The notes under the pieces: generated by a model
Told to the model about the DNA's origin: nothing
Databases searched by the model: none
The model's input: the letters and a program-made list of their open reading frames with translations, nothing else
Shown: positions 61,211 through 64,000 of the stretch, piece by piece
How positions within the stretch are numbered: the stretch's first letter is position 1
Layout: each line of letters starts with the position of its first letter
Translations under genes and position numbers: made by a program
NCBI GenBank assembly: GCA_963702005.1
Contig: OY969696.1
Location: 896,001-960,000 of the forward strand
DNA length: 64,000 nt
Direction: 5' to 3'
DNA from: Candidatus Aminicenantes bacterium
GTDB lineage: Bacteria; Acidobacteriota; Aminicenantia; Aminicenantales; JAFGBC01

Positions 61211-64000
61211 TCACGATCTTGGGACGCGCGTTTTTCTAAGCGTTTTCCTGAATGTGACAACGGCTGCGGCGGCCAGAACAACGAAGACAGTCCAGATGAG
61301 CCAAGAATGCCGGAAAAGAACCTGATCCGCCGTCCCGGTTACGATGAATCCAGCCCAGAAATAAGGATGGGAGGCTTCCCGGGACCCGATCATCTCAAGC
61401 TGGGCCCGCCGTAGGGCGTCCTCGACCGAGCGGGCGGAGCGGAGATAGGCGTAAAAACGCGCCATGAGATGCGAGCTGGCTTCGTCGTCGACGGCCCACA
61501 GGCTCATCAAAACGGAGGAAGCGCCCGCATAGAAGAAAGCCCGGCTCAGATTGTCGATCCCTTCGCCTCGAATGAACTGTCCCAATCCGGTCCTGCAGCC
61601 GGAGAGGGTCACGAGATCGGCCCGCAGGGAAAGGTTGATGATTTCACGCATCTGGAGGAGTCCGTCCTCGGCCGGGTCCCGGTCCAGGGTGAGAAGGATG
61701 GAGGATCGGGCGGGCTTGACGTCGTCGATGAGGCTGTGGGTCGCGAAATGAAGGATCCGGTAGTCGGAGAGGGGCAGGGACTTGAGGATATCCTCGGTCG
61801 CCTCACGGCCCATATATATGGTCGTCCTCTTCGGTTTAAAGGACGAAGCGATCCCTTGGACCTCGAAGCGGCTGTAGCGCAGAGGCCCGATTTGGAAAGG
61901 CAAAGAGGGGAAGATGTCCAGGAATGGCTGCGGATTCGCCGCGGCGTCTACAGGCGTCTCCTCCAACTTGAAGTCCGGATCCCCGAAGGCCAGGAGGTCT
62001 TTGGTCCAGCCGCGCCGGCGTCCTTTTCTTATCTGGACTAGCTCGCGAAGGGAAGAGAGCGAGGGCGCGTAGGAGATTCTGGCGCGCTCGATGAGCCAAT
62101 GGGGTCCTGAGGCGTCCGTGGCCAGAGCCTCGAAGGGGAGGAGGAAAAGAACGTCATCGGGGACGACGATGAGATGGTCGGGTATCGTGTCCAGCCCGGG
62201 GGCGACGAGCATATCGTAAAGCTCTTGTCCCATGGCGAATCCGCGGGCGTCCTTGTCGGTGATGACTTTGAGGTAGTCCGACACTTTCTTCTGGAGATCC
62301 TTCTTGGAAGGAAGAAGAAAAACCTTGAGGGTCTTCCGGGTCAGGGCGAAGCCCCAGGAGCGGACCTTGCCCAGCGCATAGGAAAGGCAGATCGTCCGGC
62401 GGTTCAGGAGGCGGCGGGCTTCGGCGAGGGTCGCGATGCGGGGATATTTGAGGCCGGCATAGGCGGGGCTTGCGGCCCGGATCTCGGTTTTGAGGCCTTC
62501 GAGTCTTTTCTCAAGGTCTTTGATTCGAAGGGCGATCTCGCTCTTTTCATCCGCCGTCAGCCCGGCCGTAAGGAGCCTTGTGTAGAGCCTCGAGACGTCG
62601 CCCATGATCTCCCTCTCTTGGTTAAGGAGCCGGGCATCGACGCCCTGGGACAAGGGGATTTCCGAAATCTCCAGGCTGTCCAGGAATGCGCGGGCTTTGG
62701 CTTTCTCCAGGTACTGGAAGGCCTCTTCGATGGAGGAAGGATCTTTCCCCTTGAGGCCCCGCTCGGCCAGGATGTCGATCAGGTTCAGGTAGGATTCCAA
62801 TCTCTTGTCCGTCGCCAGAAAACTCGCCTTGAGCTCCTCGAGCTTGATTTGGGACCTGATATCCTCGATGACGGCGATCGAATTCTTGTAGTTGATGATG
62901 GCCCGTTCGGTCTCTCCTTGTTTTTGGTAAACATTGGCGATCTCCAGGTAGGCTTCCCAGAGGATTTGGCCTCCGCTGATCTCCAGTCCGCGATCGATTG
63001 CCCTTTGAAAATACGTCGTCGAGACCTCGTACTGCCCCAGGCTGGCGTAGACGATTCCGATATTGTTGAGGATCATGCCCACGGCTTCCTCGTCTTTGAC
63101 GGTTTCAGCCTTAGCGAGAGCTTTTCGGAAATATTCCAGCGCGTCGGGATATTTTTCCTGGTCCGTGTAGATATTCCCGATGCTGTTCAAAACGCGGATT
63201 TCGGTCCTTTCGTCTTTGAGGCTTTTCAAAGTCTCTAAGGTCTGAAAATAGATATCCAAGGCTTTTGAAAAATAATCTTTATTATCCGATGAAATTGCCA
63301 TACGGCGATAAGTAATCCCGATGACGATCAGGTTTTTTAAAATATTTATTGAATTCGCAATTTCCCTATTTATATTTAATGAATTAGATAAATACTCTAA
63401 GGCATTGTCATATTCGCCTAAGTCGGAATAGATAAGTCCAATATTATGTATTATCTCTGCTTGTTCAGCCTTTTTTTTTAATAATTCCATTATGCTTAGA
63501 GAATTCTTAAAATTATTAAGTGCTTTTGAATAATCAATAATCTTCCAAAAGTAAATACCAATATTATTCATACATCGAGCTTCTTCGGCTTTATGGTGTA
63601 TTCTCCGCGCGACTTGTAAGGCTTCTTCGTTAATAGAATAAAATTCTTTTAAATTGCCTGTATCAAAATAGATAAGACTCGTTTGTCGTAAGCATTTTAC
63701 TTCATGATCTTGGCTTTTAATTGATCTTGCTAAAGTGATCGCCGACTCGAAAGCCTTTATAGCTTCGGCGTATTCTCTGGTGTTTCTGTATTTCTTGCCG
63801 TTATTATATTCATCGTAAATCCGAAGTGCCGTGGTGCAGGTCTCCAGGGAAATCTCGTCGGCAAGAGTTTTTGAAAGGATTCTCCCTTCCTCGAAGCATC
63901 GAGCTGATTCCTGGAGCTCCCCCGTATTCCAATACAGAAAGCCCAGCTGCTCCAAAGATAAAAGTTCCAGGGGCCGGTCCTTGCTCTTCTTGGCCAGCTC
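61211..64000 (-). CDS. Second TPR-repeat plus CHAT protease with C-terminal membrane anchor (5' end beyond the window)
   Basis: Frame open to 64000; TPR repeats; EKAKAR, ILHFATHS (His), LSGCRT (Cys), SLWAVDD, HPYFWAGF; C-terminal WLIWTVFVVLAAAAVVTFRK. Confidence 0.92.
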   Translation of the reverse strand, partial: ELAKKSKDRPLELLSLEQLGFLYWNTGELQESARCFEEGRILSKTLADEISLETCTTALRIYDEYNNGKKYRNTREYAEAIKAFESAITLARSIKSQDHEVKCLRQTSLIYFDTGNLKEFYSINEEALQVARRIHHKAEEARCMNNIGIYFWKIIDYSKALNNFKNSLSIMELLKKKAEQAEIIHNIGLIYSDLGEYDNALEYLSNSLNINREIANSINILKNLIVIGITYRRMAISSDNKDYFSKALDIYFQTLETLKSLKDERTEIRVLNSIGNIYTDQEKYPDALEYFRKALAKAETVKDEEAVGMILNNIGIVYASLGQYEVSTTYFQRAIDRGLEISGGQILWEAYLEIANVYQKQGETERAIINYKNSIAVIEDIRSQIKLEELKASFLATDKRLESYLNLIDILAERGLKGKDPSSIEEAFQYLEKAKARAFLDSLEISEIPLSQGVDARLLNQEREIMGDVSRLYTRLLTAGLTADEKSEIALRIKDLEKRLEGLKTEIRAASPAYAGLKYPRIATLAEARRLLNRRTICLSYALGKVRSWGFALTRKTLKVFLLPSKKDLQKKVSDYLKVITDKDARGFAMGQELYDMLVAPGLDTIPDHLIVVPDDVLFLLPFEALATDASGPHWLIERARISYAPSLSSLRELVQIRKGRRRGWTKDLLAFGDPDFKLEETPVDAAANPQPFLDIFPSLPFQIGPLRYSRFEVQGIASSFKPKRTTIYMGREATEDILKSLPLSDYRILHFATHSLIDDVKPARSSILLTLDRDPAEDGLLQMREIINLSLRADLVTLSGCRTGLGQFIRGEGIDNLSRAFFYAGASSVLMSLWAVDDEASSHLMARFYAYLRSARSVEDALRRAQLEMIGSREASHPYFWAGFIVTGTADQVLFRHSWLIWTVFVVLAAAAVVTFRKTLRKTRVPRS

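Noticed and set aside
54990-63810. Diversity-generating retroelement as the cause of the AT-rich TPR blocks
   Set aside because: No reverse transcriptase and no near-identical template/variable repeat pair in the window; the paralogs differ at all base types.

Overview
GC-rich, gene-dense bacterial window. The gene repertoire (acidobacterial-type VWA protein, split atp operon with b/b', TPR-CHAT proteins, DUF5916-type protein) suggests Acidobacteriota, possibly Aminicenantia; this is inference only. Left to right: a secreted matrixin operon; a B12-dependent acyl-CoA mutase operon with isobutyryl-CoA mutase signature residues plus meaB and butyryl-CoA pathway genes; glycosyltransferases; a VWA protein pair; TTGAC-bounded palindromic repeats sitting on promoter -35 boxes; accD-folC-atpF'FHAGDC; a tRNA methyltransferase and wzm/wzt surface-polysaccharide genes; a secreted transglutaminase facing a secreted C26 gamma-glutamyl hydrolase; a PAS kinase; mfd with a frameshift in a G-run; two PPIases; envC, a degenerate S41 protease, yibQ and pdaD; and a glycerate kinase-GT9 fusion. 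The most notable part is the right end (54.4-64 kb): two paralogous TPR-CHAT (caspase-like) proteases enclose an ECF sigma factor, a zinc-binding anti-sigma factor, an input-less sigma54 activator and a processive GT2, which makes it a candidate CRISPR-independent protease/anti-sigma signalling system. I recognised no rRNA, tRNA, CRISPR array or transposase.
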